Source: an uncultured Solirubrobacteraceae bacterium (GTDB taxonomy: Bacteria; Actinomycetota; Thermoleophilia; Solirubrobacterales; Solirubrobacteraceae). Taken from it: 64,000 nucleotides of DNA. Each line of letters begins with the position of its first letter. Positions within the stretch are counted from its first letter, which is position 1. This document shows, piece by piece, positions 9,810 to 18,879 of the stretch. The notes under the pieces were generated by a model, which ran no database searches, had not been told where the DNA came from, and saw only the letters and a list, made by a program, of their open reading frames with translations. The stretch lies in the NCBI GenBank assembly GCA_963742395.1, contig CAVUME010000006.1, forward strand, positions 276,589 through 340,588, read 5' to 3'. A program made the position numbers and the translations under genes.

Positions 9810-10955
9810 ATGGCCGGTGCCGAGATCACACCGTTCCGGATCGACATCGAGGAGGAACGGCTGACGGACCTGCGGGAGCGCCTGGCCCGGACCCGCTGGC
9901 CGGAGGCGGAGACCGTGGACGACTGGTCGCAGGGCATCCCGCTCGCCTATCTGCAGGAGCTGTGCGAGCACTGGCGTGAGCGCTATGACTGGCGGCGCAC
10001 CGAGGACGCACTGAACCGCTACGAGCAGTTCACCACCGAGCTCGACGGCCTGCCGATCCATTTCCTGCAGGTGCGCTCGCCGCAGGACGACGCCTTGCCG
10101 CTGGTGATGACGCATGGCTGGCCGGGTTCGATCATCGAGTTCTCGAAGGTGATCGGACCGCTCACGGACCCGGCCGCCCACGGGGGCGACCCAGCGGACG
10201 CCTTCCACCTGGTCTGCCCCTCGCTGCCGGGATACGGTTTCAGCGGCAAGCCCGCGGCGCCTGGGTGGGACGTGCAAAGGATCGCTGGCGCCTGGGCCCA
10301 GCTGATGGCCCGCCTCGGACACTCCCGCTACGGCGCCCAGGGCGGCGACTGGGGCTCGTCGGTGACGATGGCGCTGGCCGGGGTGGACGCGGAGCATCTG
10401 GCGGGTATCCACGTGAACATGGCACTCGCGGATCCGAAGGCGCTGGGCGGGCTCGGCGAGCTGACCGAGGGCGAGCAGGCAGCGCTTGCGTCCTTCGCCC
10501 ACTACGCCCAGTGGGACGCCGGCTACTCCACCCAGCAGTCGACCCGGCCCCAGACCGTCGGCTACGGGCTGGTCGACTCCCCGGCCGCGCTGTGCGGGTG
10601 GATCGTGGAGAAGTTCTGGTCCTGGATGGACTGCGAGGGCGACCCGGAGAACGTGCTCACCCGTGACGAGCTGCTGGACAACGTGATGCTCTACTGGCTA
10701 CCCGCCGCCGGCGCGTCCTCCGCGCGGCTCTACTGGGAAAGCTTTCGCCAGCGCGACTTCAAGGCGATCGACGTCCCGGCCGGCATCTCTGTGTTCCCGA
10801 AGGAGATCTTCCGCGTCTCGCGCCGCTGGGCCGAGACCCGCTTCAGCGACCTGCGCCACTTCGGCGAACCTCCCCGCGGAGGGCACTTCGCGGCCATGGA
10901 GCAGCCACAGCTGTTCGTGGACGAGGTGCGAGCCTCCTTCCGTAGCGTCCGCTAG
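9810..10955 (+). CDS. Epoxide hydrolase (EHN domain plus alpha/beta hydrolase)
   Basis: ITPFRIDI, HGWPGS, AQGGDWGS nucleophile elbow and GGHFAAMEQP. Confidence 0.95.
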   Translation: MAGAEITPFRIDIEEERLTDLRERLARTRWPEAETVDDWSQGIPLAYLQELCEHWRERYDWRRTEDALNRYEQFTTELDGLPIHFLQVRSPQDDALPLVMTHGWPGSIIEFSKVIGPLTDPAAHGGDPADAFHLVCPSLPGYGFSGKPAAPGWDVQRIAGAWAQLMARLGHSRYGAQGGDWGSSVTMALAGVDAEHLAGIHVNMALADPKALGGLGELTEGEQAALASFAHYAQWDAGYSTQQSTRPQTVGYGLVDSPAALCGWIVEKFWSWMDCEGDPENVLTRDELLDNVMLYWLPAAGASSARLYWESFRQRDFKAIDVPAGISVFPKEIFRVSRRWAETRFSDLRHFGEPPRGGHFAAMEQPQLFVDEVRASFRSVR

Positions 10956-10958
10956 AAG

Positions 10959-13154
10959 GTGAGCTCGGCGACGGTGGCCGGGAGATCGTCGAGCTGGCGC
11001 TCGGTGGCCGCGAGCTGGCGCCCGGTCTGGTCGGTGCCCGCGGCGCTGAGGGCCGTGCGGGCCGCGATCGTCGTGCCGGGACTGTTCGCGTTCGCCGACC
11101 AGGTGCTCGACAACCTGCAGGTCGCGACCTTCGCCGCCTTCGGGGGCTTCGCCACGCTGGTGCTCGTCTCCTTCGGCGGCACTCGTCGCGAGAAGCTGAC
11201 GGCGCACCTCGCCCTGGCGCTCGCCGGCAGCGCGCTGATCGCGATCGGGACGGCGGTGAGCTCCACGACGGCGCTCGCCGCGCTCGTCACCGTGCCGGTC
11301 GCGTTCGCGGTGTTCTTCCAGGGCGTAGCCGGGCCGAACGCGGCCGCGGGGGTCAACGGCGCCCTGCTCGCGTACGTGCTGCCCGCGGCCTCGGCGGGAA
11401 CGACGAACATGATCCCCGAACGCCTCGCGGGGTGGTGGCTGGCGTCGGTGGTGGGCACGCTCGCCGTGATGCTCCTGTCCCCGCCCGCGAGTGGCGATCG
11501 GCTCAGACCGGCCGCGGCGGACGTCGCGGAGTCGCTCGCCGCGGTGATCGACGCGGCGCTGGGCGGCGTGGCGGTCGATGACCTACTCGGGAGGGCTACG
11601 GAGGCCAAGCACGCGCTGCTGGCCGCGTTCACAGCCACCCCGTATCGCCCCACGGGCGCGAGCGCACCGGATGAGGCGCTGGCCAACGCGATCGACCTGC
11701 TCGAGTGGTGCACAGACCTGGTCGCGGACATGGTCGGGGAGCGCCCTGACCTGAGCCGAGTCGGCGACACCGAGCGCGAGCTACTGGCGGCAGCTTCAGA
11801 GACTCTGCAGCGGGTGGCGGCGCTGCTGCGCCACCGTCGCGCCGAGCTCGATCTCGGCCTGCTCGCCGAGGCCCGGCGGCGCGGCGACGCGCGCCTGCGT
11901 GAGCTCTCTCCGGGCAGCCCGGGCTACACCGCGGAGGTCCGCGTGCTGTTCCACGCGGACATGATCGCGCTGGCCACGATGGCGATCGGCGCCGACACCG
12001 GCGTGGCAGCGCGGCTACAGACGCCGGGCTGGCTGGAGCGCGGCCGCGAGCAGGCGTTCATCACCGCGGGCGAGGCCGCGGGACGTGCGCGCCGGCGGGT
12101 GGCCGCCATCGGTCGGGTCGCCCTCCGCCACGCGAGCGTGCGCTCGGTATGGATGATCAACAGCCTGCGCGGCGCGACCGCGATCGCCGCGGCCGTGGCG
12201 GTCGCGGACCTCACCAGCGTCCAGCACGGCTTCTGGGTGGTGCTCGGCACGCTGTCGGTGCTGCGCACGAACGCCGTCGCAACCGGCGCCACCGCGCTGC
12301 GGGCGCTGGTCGGGACGGCGATCGGGTTCGTCGTCGGCGGCGCCCTGCTGGTTGCGGTCGGCGCTTCCTCGGCCGGCCTCTGGATCGTGCTCCCGATCGC
12401 CGTCTTCGTCGCCGCCTACGCCCCCGGCACGGCCCCCTTCGCCGTCGGGCAGGCCGCCTTCACGGTCACCGTGGCGGTGCTCTTCAACCTGCTCGTGCCG
12501 GCGGGCTGGAAGGTGGGCGTGGTGCGGATCGAGGACGTCGCTCTCGGCTGCGCCGTGAGCGTGGCCGTCGGCCTGCTGTTCTGGCCCCGCGGGCTCGCAT
12601 CGGTGGTCGGGGACGACCTCGCCGACGCCTACCGGACGGGCGCCCGCTACCTCGAGCAGGCCGTGCGCTGGGTGGCCGACGTCCAGGACGACGTGGTTGA
12701 CGGTGGCGCGGCGGCAGCCACCGCGGCCACGCGCTTGGACGAAGCGCTCCGGGGCTTCCTGGCCGAGCAGGGGACCAAGCACATCGAGCTCCAAGAGCTG
12801 TGGCGGCTGGTGGGCGCCGGACTGCGCCTGCGCCTAACCGCCTACTCGGTTGCGCGCCTTGCGCCCGACGGGACGCTGGTGGGGCCCGCTCGGGAGGCCC
12901 TCGTCAAACGTACCTCGACGCTCGCCGGCTGGTTCGAGCGGCTGGCCCAAGTCGTCGGCCGCGCGGGCCCAGACGCGCCCATGACCCTCGAGGCCCCCAC
13001 CTTCGGCCCCGACGAAGTCGTCTCTGACTCCTCGGGCTCCCACTACGGCGTGTGGTTGTGCGAGCACCTTGACCACCTCGCCGAGCACCTGGCCGAACTC
13101 GTCGCGCCCGCCGCCCACGTGGCCGAAGCCAGGCGCCGTCCCTGGTGGCGCTGA
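10959..13154 (+). CDS. FUSC-family membrane protein
   Basis: Two TM blocks with ATFAAFG, HGFWVVLGTLSVLR and RIEDVALG motifs. Confidence 0.88.
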   Translation: MSSATVAGRSSSWRSVAASWRPVWSVPAALRAVRAAIVVPGLFAFADQVLDNLQVATFAAFGGFATLVLVSFGGTRREKLTAHLALALAGSALIAIGTAVSSTTALAALVTVPVAFAVFFQGVAGPNAAAGVNGALLAYVLPAASAGTTNMIPERLAGWWLASVVGTLAVMLLSPPASGDRLRPAAADVAESLAAVIDAALGGVAVDDLLGRATEAKHALLAAFTATPYRPTGASAPDEALANAIDLLEWCTDLVADMVGERPDLSRVGDTERELLAAASETLQRVAALLRHRRAELDLGLLAEARRRGDARLRELSPGSPGYTAEVRVLFHADMIALATMAIGADTGVAARLQTPGWLERGREQAFITAGEAAGRARRRVAAIGRVALRHASVRSVWMINSLRGATAIAAAVAVADLTSVQHGFWVVLGTLSVLRTNAVATGATALRALVGTAIGFVVGGALLVAVGASSAGLWIVLPIAVFVAAYAPGTAPFAVGQAAFTVTVAVLFNLLVPAGWKVGVVRIEDVALGCAVSVAVGLLFWPRGLASVVGDDLADAYRTGARYLEQAVRWVADVQDDVVDGGAAAATAATRLDEALRGFLAEQGTKHIELQELWRLVGAGLRLRLTAYSVARLAPDGTLVGPAREALVKRTSTLAGWFERLAQVVGRAGPDAPMTLEAPTFGPDEVVSDSSGSHYGVWLCEHLDHLAEHLAELVAPAAHVAEARRRPWWR

Positions 13155-13196
13155 ACCCGGGGCCGCGCCTCGCCGCGCCGGGGCCGGGTCCGTCGC

Positions 13197-13628
13197 TCAA
13201 GCCGCCCGCCACCACAGAGCCCGCTCGGCGCCGAGCCTGAGCAGCGGTCCCGGTGGGGGGTCGTCCAGATACTGCGGATAGCGCCCGGAGAGGGCGTCCA
13301 AGACGGGTCCTTCGGGAGGGCCCTCGATGACGCTCACGGTGCCGATCAGCTGGACCCAGCACAGGCGCGACCAGTCGTCCTCGTAGTGGTCCACCGTGAA
13401 GGCCGCGCTCGGGCGCTCGCGCAGCCAGCGAACGCGTGCCAACTCGCGGTCGGAGGTCTTGGGCTTGTTGTCGATCGCCGTCCACACCGCCTGCTCGTGG
13501 ATCGCGTAGGTGACCGGCATGACGCGCGGGCGGCCGGCGTCGTCGAGCAGCCCGAGGTGTCCCACGCGCGCGTCCTGCAGCAGCGTCGCGGCCCAGGGCG
13601 GAAGAGTTCCTAGAGTCGCATGCGTCAC
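13197..13628 (-). CDS. PPOX-class (probably F420-dependent) protein, Rv0121-like
   Basis: ARVGHLG, AIDNKPK and VDHYEDDWSRLCWV. Confidence 0.88.
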   Translation of the reverse strand: MTHATLGTLPPWAATLLQDARVGHLGLLDDAGRPRVMPVTYAIHEQAVWTAIDNKPKTSDRELARVRWLRERPSAAFTVDHYEDDWSRLCWVQLIGTVSVIEGPPEGPVLDALSGRYPQYLDDPPPGPLLRLGAERALWWRAA

Positions 13629-13661
13629 GGGTCAACCCTACGAGCCGAGCAAGGAGATGCG

Positions 13662-14513
13662 ATGAACGTCGGAATCGGGCTTCCCAATGCAGTACGTGGC
13701 GTCGACCGGACGGGGATCGTGGACTGGGCGCGGCGTGCCGAGGCGGCGGGGTTCGCCAGTCTCGGGACGATCGACCGCATCGTGTACCCGAACTACGAGT
13801 CGCTGATCGCGCTGGCGGCCGCGGCGGCCGTGACGGAGCGGATCGAGCTCGTGACGGACATCCTGATCGCACCGCTGCGCTCCAACGTGACCCTGTTCGC
13901 CAAGCAGGCCGCCACGATCGACTCGCTCTCGGGCGGGCGCCTGACGCTCGGCCTGGGGGTGGGGGGGCGCGCCGACGACTACGAGGCCAGCGGCGTCGAT
14001 TTCGCCCGGCGCGGGCGCATCGCCGAGGAGCAGCTCGGCGAGATGACGGCGGTCTGGCGGGGGGAGCGCGGCGTGGGGCCGGCTCCGGCGCGGGCGGGCG
14101 GGCGCCCGGGACTGCTGATCGGCGGGGGAGCGGATGTGGTGTTCGCACGCGCAGCCAGATACGGCGACGGCTGGACGATGGGCGGCGGCACGCCCGCCAG
14201 CTTCCGCGAGGGCCGCGAGAAGGCGGCTGCGGCGTGGGCCGCCGCCGGTCGTGACGGGAGCCCGCGGACGATGGCCCTGTTCTACTTCGGGCTCGGCGCC
14301 GACGCCGAGCGGGTGGCCGCCGAAAGCCTCGGCGACTACTACGCCTTCCTCGGCGACTACGCCCAGCAGGTCGCTGCCGGGGCCGCCAAGGACGCCGGCA
14401 CCGTCAAGCAATACATCGCTGCCTTCGAGGACGCCGGCGCGGACGACGTCATCTGCTTCCCGACCTCGACCGATCCCGACGAAGTCGAGCGCCTCGCCGA
14501 TGCGGTGCTCTGA
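13662..14513 (+). CDS. LLM-class flavin-dependent oxidoreductase
   Basis: AEAAGFASL...DRIVYP, AAVTERIEL and SGGRLTLGLGVG. AAGGAG RBS precedes the ATG at 13662. Confidence 0.92.
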   Translation: MNVGIGLPNAVRGVDRTGIVDWARRAEAAGFASLGTIDRIVYPNYESLIALAAAAAVTERIELVTDILIAPLRSNVTLFAKQAATIDSLSGGRLTLGLGVGGRADDYEASGVDFARRGRIAEEQLGEMTAVWRGERGVGPAPARAGGRPGLLIGGGADVVFARAARYGDGWTMGGGTPASFREGREKAAAAWAAAGRDGSPRTMALFYFGLGADAERVAAESLGDYYAFLGDYAQQVAAGAAKDAGTVKQYIAAFEDAGADDVICFPTSTDPDEVERLADAVL

Positions 14514-14537
14514 GCCGCTGTCGCGGCTCTGAGCCGA

Positions 14538-14612
14538 CGCCGCGTGCCCGCGCCGCGCCGCGCCGCGCCGCGTACCCCGCGCCGCGCCGCGTACCCCGCG
14601 CCGCGCCGCGCC
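14538..14612. repeat. GCGCC pentanucleotide microsatellite with a 19-bp higher-order unit
   Basis: Runs of (GCGCC)n interrupted twice by GCGTACCCC, lying between convergent stop codons. Confidence 0.8.
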
Positions 14613-15118
14613 TAGGCTCCGGCGGGCGCCGGACGTCTGCTGCGCCGGCGCGCAGCCAGCGACAGTTCGTCGTCTGCGACCGGGTGGCCGGCGGCGCAGC
14701 GCAGCTCCGCCCGCACCGGCTCGCCGCAGTCGCGGTGGCGCAGCTGCACGGGCCCGCCGCGCTCGTCGAGCCAGCGGTCGCCCCACTGCATCAGCGCCAC
14801 GAGCACGGGGAGCAGGTCCCGGCCCTTGTCGGTCAGGCGGTAGCGCTGGCGGGTCCGCTGGCCGGGCTCGCGGTAGTCCTGGCGCTCGAGCAGCCCGTCG
14901 TCCACCAGCTCGCGCAGGCGGGCGGCGGCCACCGGCTCGCTGACACCGGCGCGCCTGGCGAAGTCGTCGAAGCGGTCGGTTCCGTAGAAGGCCTCCCTGA
15001 GGATCAGGAACGCCGATCGCGTCGTCACCACATCGAGTGCCCTGGCGATCGTGCAGCGCTCCGCCGTCCAGCCGTCGCGCGGATCCAGCGATCCGGTCAT
15101 CTCTATGGCGGGTTCCAT
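14612..15118 (-). CDS. HxlR-family winged-helix regulator
   Basis: CTIARALDVV, LILREAFYG..RFDDF and YRLTDKGRDLLPVLVALMQWG. TACAAT lies 7 nt before the ATG at 15118. Confidence 0.92.
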   Translation of the reverse strand: MEPAIEMTGSLDPRDGWTAERCTIARALDVVTTRSAFLILREAFYGTDRFDDFARRAGVSEPVAAARLRELVDDGLLERQDYREPGQRTRQRYRLTDKGRDLLPVLVALMQWGDRWLDERGGPVQLRHRDCGEPVRAELRCAAGHPVADDELSLAARRRSRRPAPAGA

Positions 15119-15132
15119 GCGCTTCATTGTAG

Positions 15133-15192
15133 CTGACTTACAGGATCCTAAGTCAGTGTGCTACGGTGCTGGCTATGCCTTCACTAAGTCAG
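15133..15192. promoter_or_regulatory. Two operator-like inverted repeats, probable HxlR sites
   Basis: Perfect CTGACTTA-N8-TAAGTCAG at 15133-15156. Imperfect copy CTGGCTAT-N8-TAAGTCAG at 15169-15192 covers the MFS start codon. Confidence 0.75.
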
Positions 15193-16632
15193 CCTCCGGT
15201 GCGGGCGCGCGGCGACGCCCAGCCCGCGCTCGTGCTTCTGATCGTGTGCGCCGGCGTCGTGCTGGCGAGCCTCGACCTGTTCATCGTCAACGTCGCGCTG
15301 CCCCAGATCGGCCACGACTTCCACCTCCGCGCCGGGGATCTGGGTGACCTCTCCTGGGTCCTGAACGGCTACACGATCGTGTACGCGGCCTTCCTGGTGC
15401 TGTTCGGGAGGCTCGCCGAGCGCTACCGCCGCGACCACGCGTTCCTACTCGGGGTGGCGATCTTCGTGACGGCCTCGGCAGCCTGCGGGCTGGCCACCAG
15501 CCTGCCGATGCTGGTGGCCTTCCGCGTCGTCCAGGCGGCGGGAGCGGCGCTGCTGACACCGACCTCCCTCGGGCTGATCCTGGCGAGCTTCCCGCCCGAG
15601 CGCCGCTACGGTGCCGTCCGCACGTGGACCGCCGTGGGCGGGATCGCGGCGGCGGCCGGGCCCGTCGTCGGCGGGCTGCTGGTGGCGGCCAGCTGGCGCT
15701 GGGTGTTCCTCGTCAACGTCCCCGTCGGAGTGCTCGCGCTGATCGCCGGCTGGCGCAGGCTGCCCGCGGTCCCCGGGCATCCTGTGCCCGCGCCGGACCC
15801 CCTCGGGGCGGTGCTGATCACGGGCGGGATCGGCACGCTCGTGCTCGGCCTCGTGAAGGGGGGGAGCTGGGGCTGGGGCGACGCCAGGACAGCGAGCGCG
15901 CTGATCCTCGGCATCGTCTCGCTGGCCCTGTTCGCGCTGCACGAGGCCCGCAGCCGCAACCCTCTCATCGAGCGGGAGCTGTTCCGGCTGCGGCCGGTCA
16001 CGGGCGCCTCGGTCGTGGCGCTGCTGTTCATGGCCGCCTTCGGCGGGATGCTCCTCTCGCGGGTGCTGTGGGCGCAGGAAGTCTGGCACTGGTCCGCGCT
16101 GCAGACGGGCCTCGCGATCGCGCCCGGCCCGATCATGGTCCCGCTGTTCGCGTTCCTGCTCGCCGGGCCGCTGATCGCCCGCTTCGGTTCCGCCATCGTG
16201 ATCGCGGCGGGCTGCGCGATCTTCTCCGCCGGCGCCGTCTGGTGGGCGCTGGCGATGGGGCTGACCCCCGACTACGTCGGGGACATGCTCGGCGGCATGC
16301 TGCTGACCGGCGTCGGCGTCGGACTGACGATGCCCACGTTCACGGCGACGGGAGCGGCCGCGCTGCCGGCCCATTCGTTCGCGACCGGGTCGGGCATGAT
16401 CAACATGCTCCGCCAGATCGGCCTGGCGATCGGCGTCGCGATCCTGATCGCCGTGCTCGGAACCCCCCACGGTCCCAGCGCGACGCTCGACGCCTACGAG
16501 CAGGCCTCCTACATCGTCGCGGGACTCTCGCTCGCCGCGGGGCTCGCCGGACTGGTGTTGCTGTCGAGTCGCCGCAGGGTCGTCACCTCCGGCTCCGCGG
16601 CCCCGCCGGCCACCGCCTCGCAGGGAGCCTGA
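15175..16632 (+). CDS. MFS transporter, DHA2 (EmrB/QacA) family
   Basis: LDLFIVNVALP, WVLNGYTIV, FRVVQAAGAA and WRWVFLVNVPVG; about 14 TM segments. Confidence 0.93.
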   Translation: MPSLSQPPVRARGDAQPALVLLIVCAGVVLASLDLFIVNVALPQIGHDFHLRAGDLGDLSWVLNGYTIVYAAFLVLFGRLAERYRRDHAFLLGVAIFVTASAACGLATSLPMLVAFRVVQAAGAALLTPTSLGLILASFPPERRYGAVRTWTAVGGIAAAAGPVVGGLLVAASWRWVFLVNVPVGVLALIAGWRRLPAVPGHPVPAPDPLGAVLITGGIGTLVLGLVKGGSWGWGDARTASALILGIVSLALFALHEARSRNPLIERELFRLRPVTGASVVALLFMAAFGGMLLSRVLWAQEVWHWSALQTGLAIAPGPIMVPLFAFLLAGPLIARFGSAIVIAAGCAIFSAGAVWWALAMGLTPDYVGDMLGGMLLTGVGVGLTMPTFTATGAAALPAHSFATGSGMINMLRQIGLAIGVAILIAVLGTPHGPSATLDAYEQASYIVAGLSLAAGLAGLVLLSSRRRVVTSGSAAPPATASQGA

Positions 16633-16653
16633 AGCGGGTCGGCTGCGAGCCGC

Positions 16654-17223
16654 TCAGCCGGCCGCCGTCACCGAGCGCAGCGCGCCGAACAGGTCGTCCA
16701 TCACCTGACCGAGCCCGGGCCCGTCGTCGGGACCGGCGATCCACCGCTCGAAGCCGACCCGGAACACCGCGATGCCCGCCTCGGCCGCAAGGCTCGCCTC
16801 GGGCTCGCCGATGCCCCGGTCTGCGAGCGCCGCGGTGACCACTGCCGCCAGCCTCGCGAGCTTGATCAGCTCCCGCTCCTGGAGCTCCGGGTTGGCGTCG
16901 ATGATCGCCTGCCGCTGGCGCGCGAACGAGCGCCGCTCGGCGAACAGCCCCTCGATCGAGCGCAGTGCGGCGGCGACGATCTCGATCGGCGCGTAGTCCG
17001 CGGGCGCGGTGAGTACGCCCTCGAGCAGGAGCGCCTCGAGCTCGGCCGCGCCGCCGAACAGAACCTCGCGCTTGTCGGCGAAGTGACGGAAGAAGGTTCG
17101 CTCGGTCAGTCCGGCCCGCGCGGCGATCTCGGCCACCGTCGTCTGCTCGAAGCCGTGCTCGCCGTAGAGCTCCATGGCGGCGCTCGCGAGGCGTCCTGCG
17201 GCATCCGGCTTCCAGCGGCCCAT
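16654..17223 (-). CDS. TetR-family regulator
   Basis: GFEQTTVAEIAARAGLTERTFFRHFADKREVLF. Confidence 0.93.
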   Translation of the reverse strand: MGRWKPDAAGRLASAAMELYGEHGFEQTTVAEIAARAGLTERTFFRHFADKREVLFGGAAELEALLLEGVLTAPADYAPIEIVAAALRSIEGLFAERRSFARQRQAIIDANPELQERELIKLARLAAVVTAALADRGIGEPEASLAAEAGIAVFRVGFERWIAGPDDGPGLGQVMDDLFGALRSVTAAG

Positions 17224-17237
17224 GCGTCGATGGTATT

Positions 17238-17291
17238 TGATGACAGTGACTGACAAGGTGTGTGCTAGCTTGATGTCAGCAACTGACATCA
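17238..17291. promoter_or_regulatory. Tandem TetR operators
   Basis: Perfect palindrome TGATGTCAG-N3-CTGACATCA at 17271-17291 and a degenerate copy at 17238-17258, between divergent genes. Confidence 0.8.
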
Positions 17292-17345
17292 AGCCTCGTC
17301 CGGCATCGCTCCGCCGGGCGAGCGACCACTCACCGGAGGTACACC

Positions 17346-18272
17346 ATGCGCGTTTTCGTCACCGGGGCATCAGGCTGGATCGGCCGCGCCGTCGTCCCCG
17401 AGCTGACCGCCGCCGGCCACGAGGTGGCCGGGCTCGCCCGCTCGGACGCGTCGGCCCGCGCGCTTCAGTCCGCGGGCGTCGAGGTGCGCGAGGGGTCGCT
17501 CGACGACCTCGACACGCTGCGTGAGGCCGCCGCCTCCGCCGACGGCGTCATCCATCTCGCCTTCAAGCACGACATCGCCTTTGCGGGTGACTTCGACGGC
17601 GCCGCCGAAGCGGATCGTCGCGCGATCGAGACCTTCGGCGAGGCGCTCGCCGGCAGCGACAAGCCCTTCGTGATCGCCTCCGGCGTGCTCGGACTCACGC
17701 CCGGGCGCCTGGCCACCGAGCGCGACGGAGTGGCCACCGAGAACGGGGAGCGCGAGCAGCCGAGCAGCGGCCCCGAGCGCAGGCGGGCCAACGCCCAGCT
17801 GACACTCTCGCTCGCCGGGCGCGGGGTTCGTTCCTCGGTCGTGCGGCTCCCGCCGACCTGCCACGGGGACGGCGACAACGGCTTCATCCGGATCGCGATC
17901 GGCTTCGCGCGCGAGAAGGGCGCCGCGGCCTACGTAGGTGACGGCACCAACCGCTGGCCGGGGGTCCACCGTGACGACGCCGCGCGTCTGTTCCGTCTCG
18001 CGCTCGAGTCGGCGCCGGCCGGTTCGGTGCTGCACGCGATCGGCGACGAGGGGGTGCCGATCCGCGAGGTGGCCACGGTCTTCTCCTCGCAGCTCGGGGT
18101 TCCCAGCGTGTCCGTGTCCCCCGAGCAGGCCGGGGAGTACGTAGGGTGGCTCGGCGGCTTCTGGGGGCTGGACAGCCCCGCCTCCGCCGAGATCACGCGA
18201 GAGCTGCTGGCCTGGCAGCCGACCGGCCCGGGCTTGATCGCCGATCTCGAAGAGGGCCACTACTTCGCCTGA
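17346..18272 (+). CDS. Atypical SDR / NAD-dependent epimerase-dehydratase family oxidoreductase
   Basis: MRVFVTGASGWIG Rossmann motif, VRLPP and VHRDDAARL. GGAGG RBS. Confidence 0.92.
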   Translation: MRVFVTGASGWIGRAVVPELTAAGHEVAGLARSDASARALQSAGVEVREGSLDDLDTLREAAASADGVIHLAFKHDIAFAGDFDGAAEADRRAIETFGEALAGSDKPFVIASGVLGLTPGRLATERDGVATENGEREQPSSGPERRRANAQLTLSLAGRGVRSSVVRLPPTCHGDGDNGFIRIAIGFAREKGAAAYVGDGTNRWPGVHRDDAARLFRLALESAPAGSVLHAIGDEGVPIREVATVFSSQLGVPSVSVSPEQAGEYVGWLGGFWGLDSPASAEITRELLAWQPTGPGLIADLEEGHYFA

Positions 18273-18275
18273 GCT

Positions 18276-18321
18276 CGCCGGCGTCACAACCTGCCCGCCG
18301 GCGTCACAACTTGCCCGCCGG
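18276..18321 (+). repeat. 20-bp tandem duplication in the ECF sigma promoter region
   Basis: CGCCGGCGTCACAACCTGCC followed by CGCCGGCGTCACAACTTGCC and a partial third copy. Confidence 0.8.
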
Positions 18322-18339
18322 TGGCACATTGCTTGTCGG

Positions 18340-18879
18340 ATGGCGGATGCCGCGGACTTCGATTCCTTCTACCGACGGGAGAGCGAGGGCGTGCTCGTGT
18401 TCCTCGCCCGCCGCACCTTCGACGCGGAGGTCGCCTTGGAACTGACCGCAGAGACGTTCTCGCGCGCGTATGTCGGCTGGCGCGGGGTCCGAGGTGAGTC
18501 GCAGCAGGAGCGCCAGGCCTGGGTGTACACGATCGCGCGCAGGACGCTCGCCCGCTACCTGCGGCGAGGGCGGGTGGAACGTCGAGCCCTGCAGAGGCTC
18601 GGGATCCAGCTGCCGAGGATGCACGAAGACGACCTCGTGCTGATCGAAGAGCGGGCGGGGCTGCCGGGCCTGCGCCACAAGCTCTCCGAGCAGCTCGCCC
18701 GTCTCAGCGACGAGCAGCGCCGGGCGCTGGAGCTGAGGATCGTCCACGAGCGCTCCTACGCCGAGGTGGCCGAGGACCTCGGGATCTCCGAGGTGGCCGC
18801 CCGCGCGCGCGTCTCACGGGGGCTGCGTGCACTCGGCGGAACGCCGGAGCTCTCAGCGGCGGCGGGTGAGGGACTGTGA
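18340..18879 (+). CDS. ECF RNA polymerase sigma factor
   Basis: Region 2 (ELTAETFSRAY, AWVYTIARR) and region 4 (SYAEVAEDLGISEVAARARVSRGLRAL). Confidence 0.93.
   Translation: MADAADFDSFYRRESEGVLVFLARRTFDAEVALELTAETFSRAYVGWRGVRGESQQERQAWVYTIARRTLARYLRRGRVERRALQRLGIQLPRMHEDDLVLIEERAGLPGLRHKLSEQLARLSDEQRRALELRIVHERSYAEVAEDLGISEVAARARVSRGLRALGGTPELSAAAGEGL

Noticed and set aside
14538-18321. CRISPR-like arrays at the short repeats (14538-14612 and 18276-18321)
   Set aside because: There are no unique spacers, only 2-3 units, and no cas genes.
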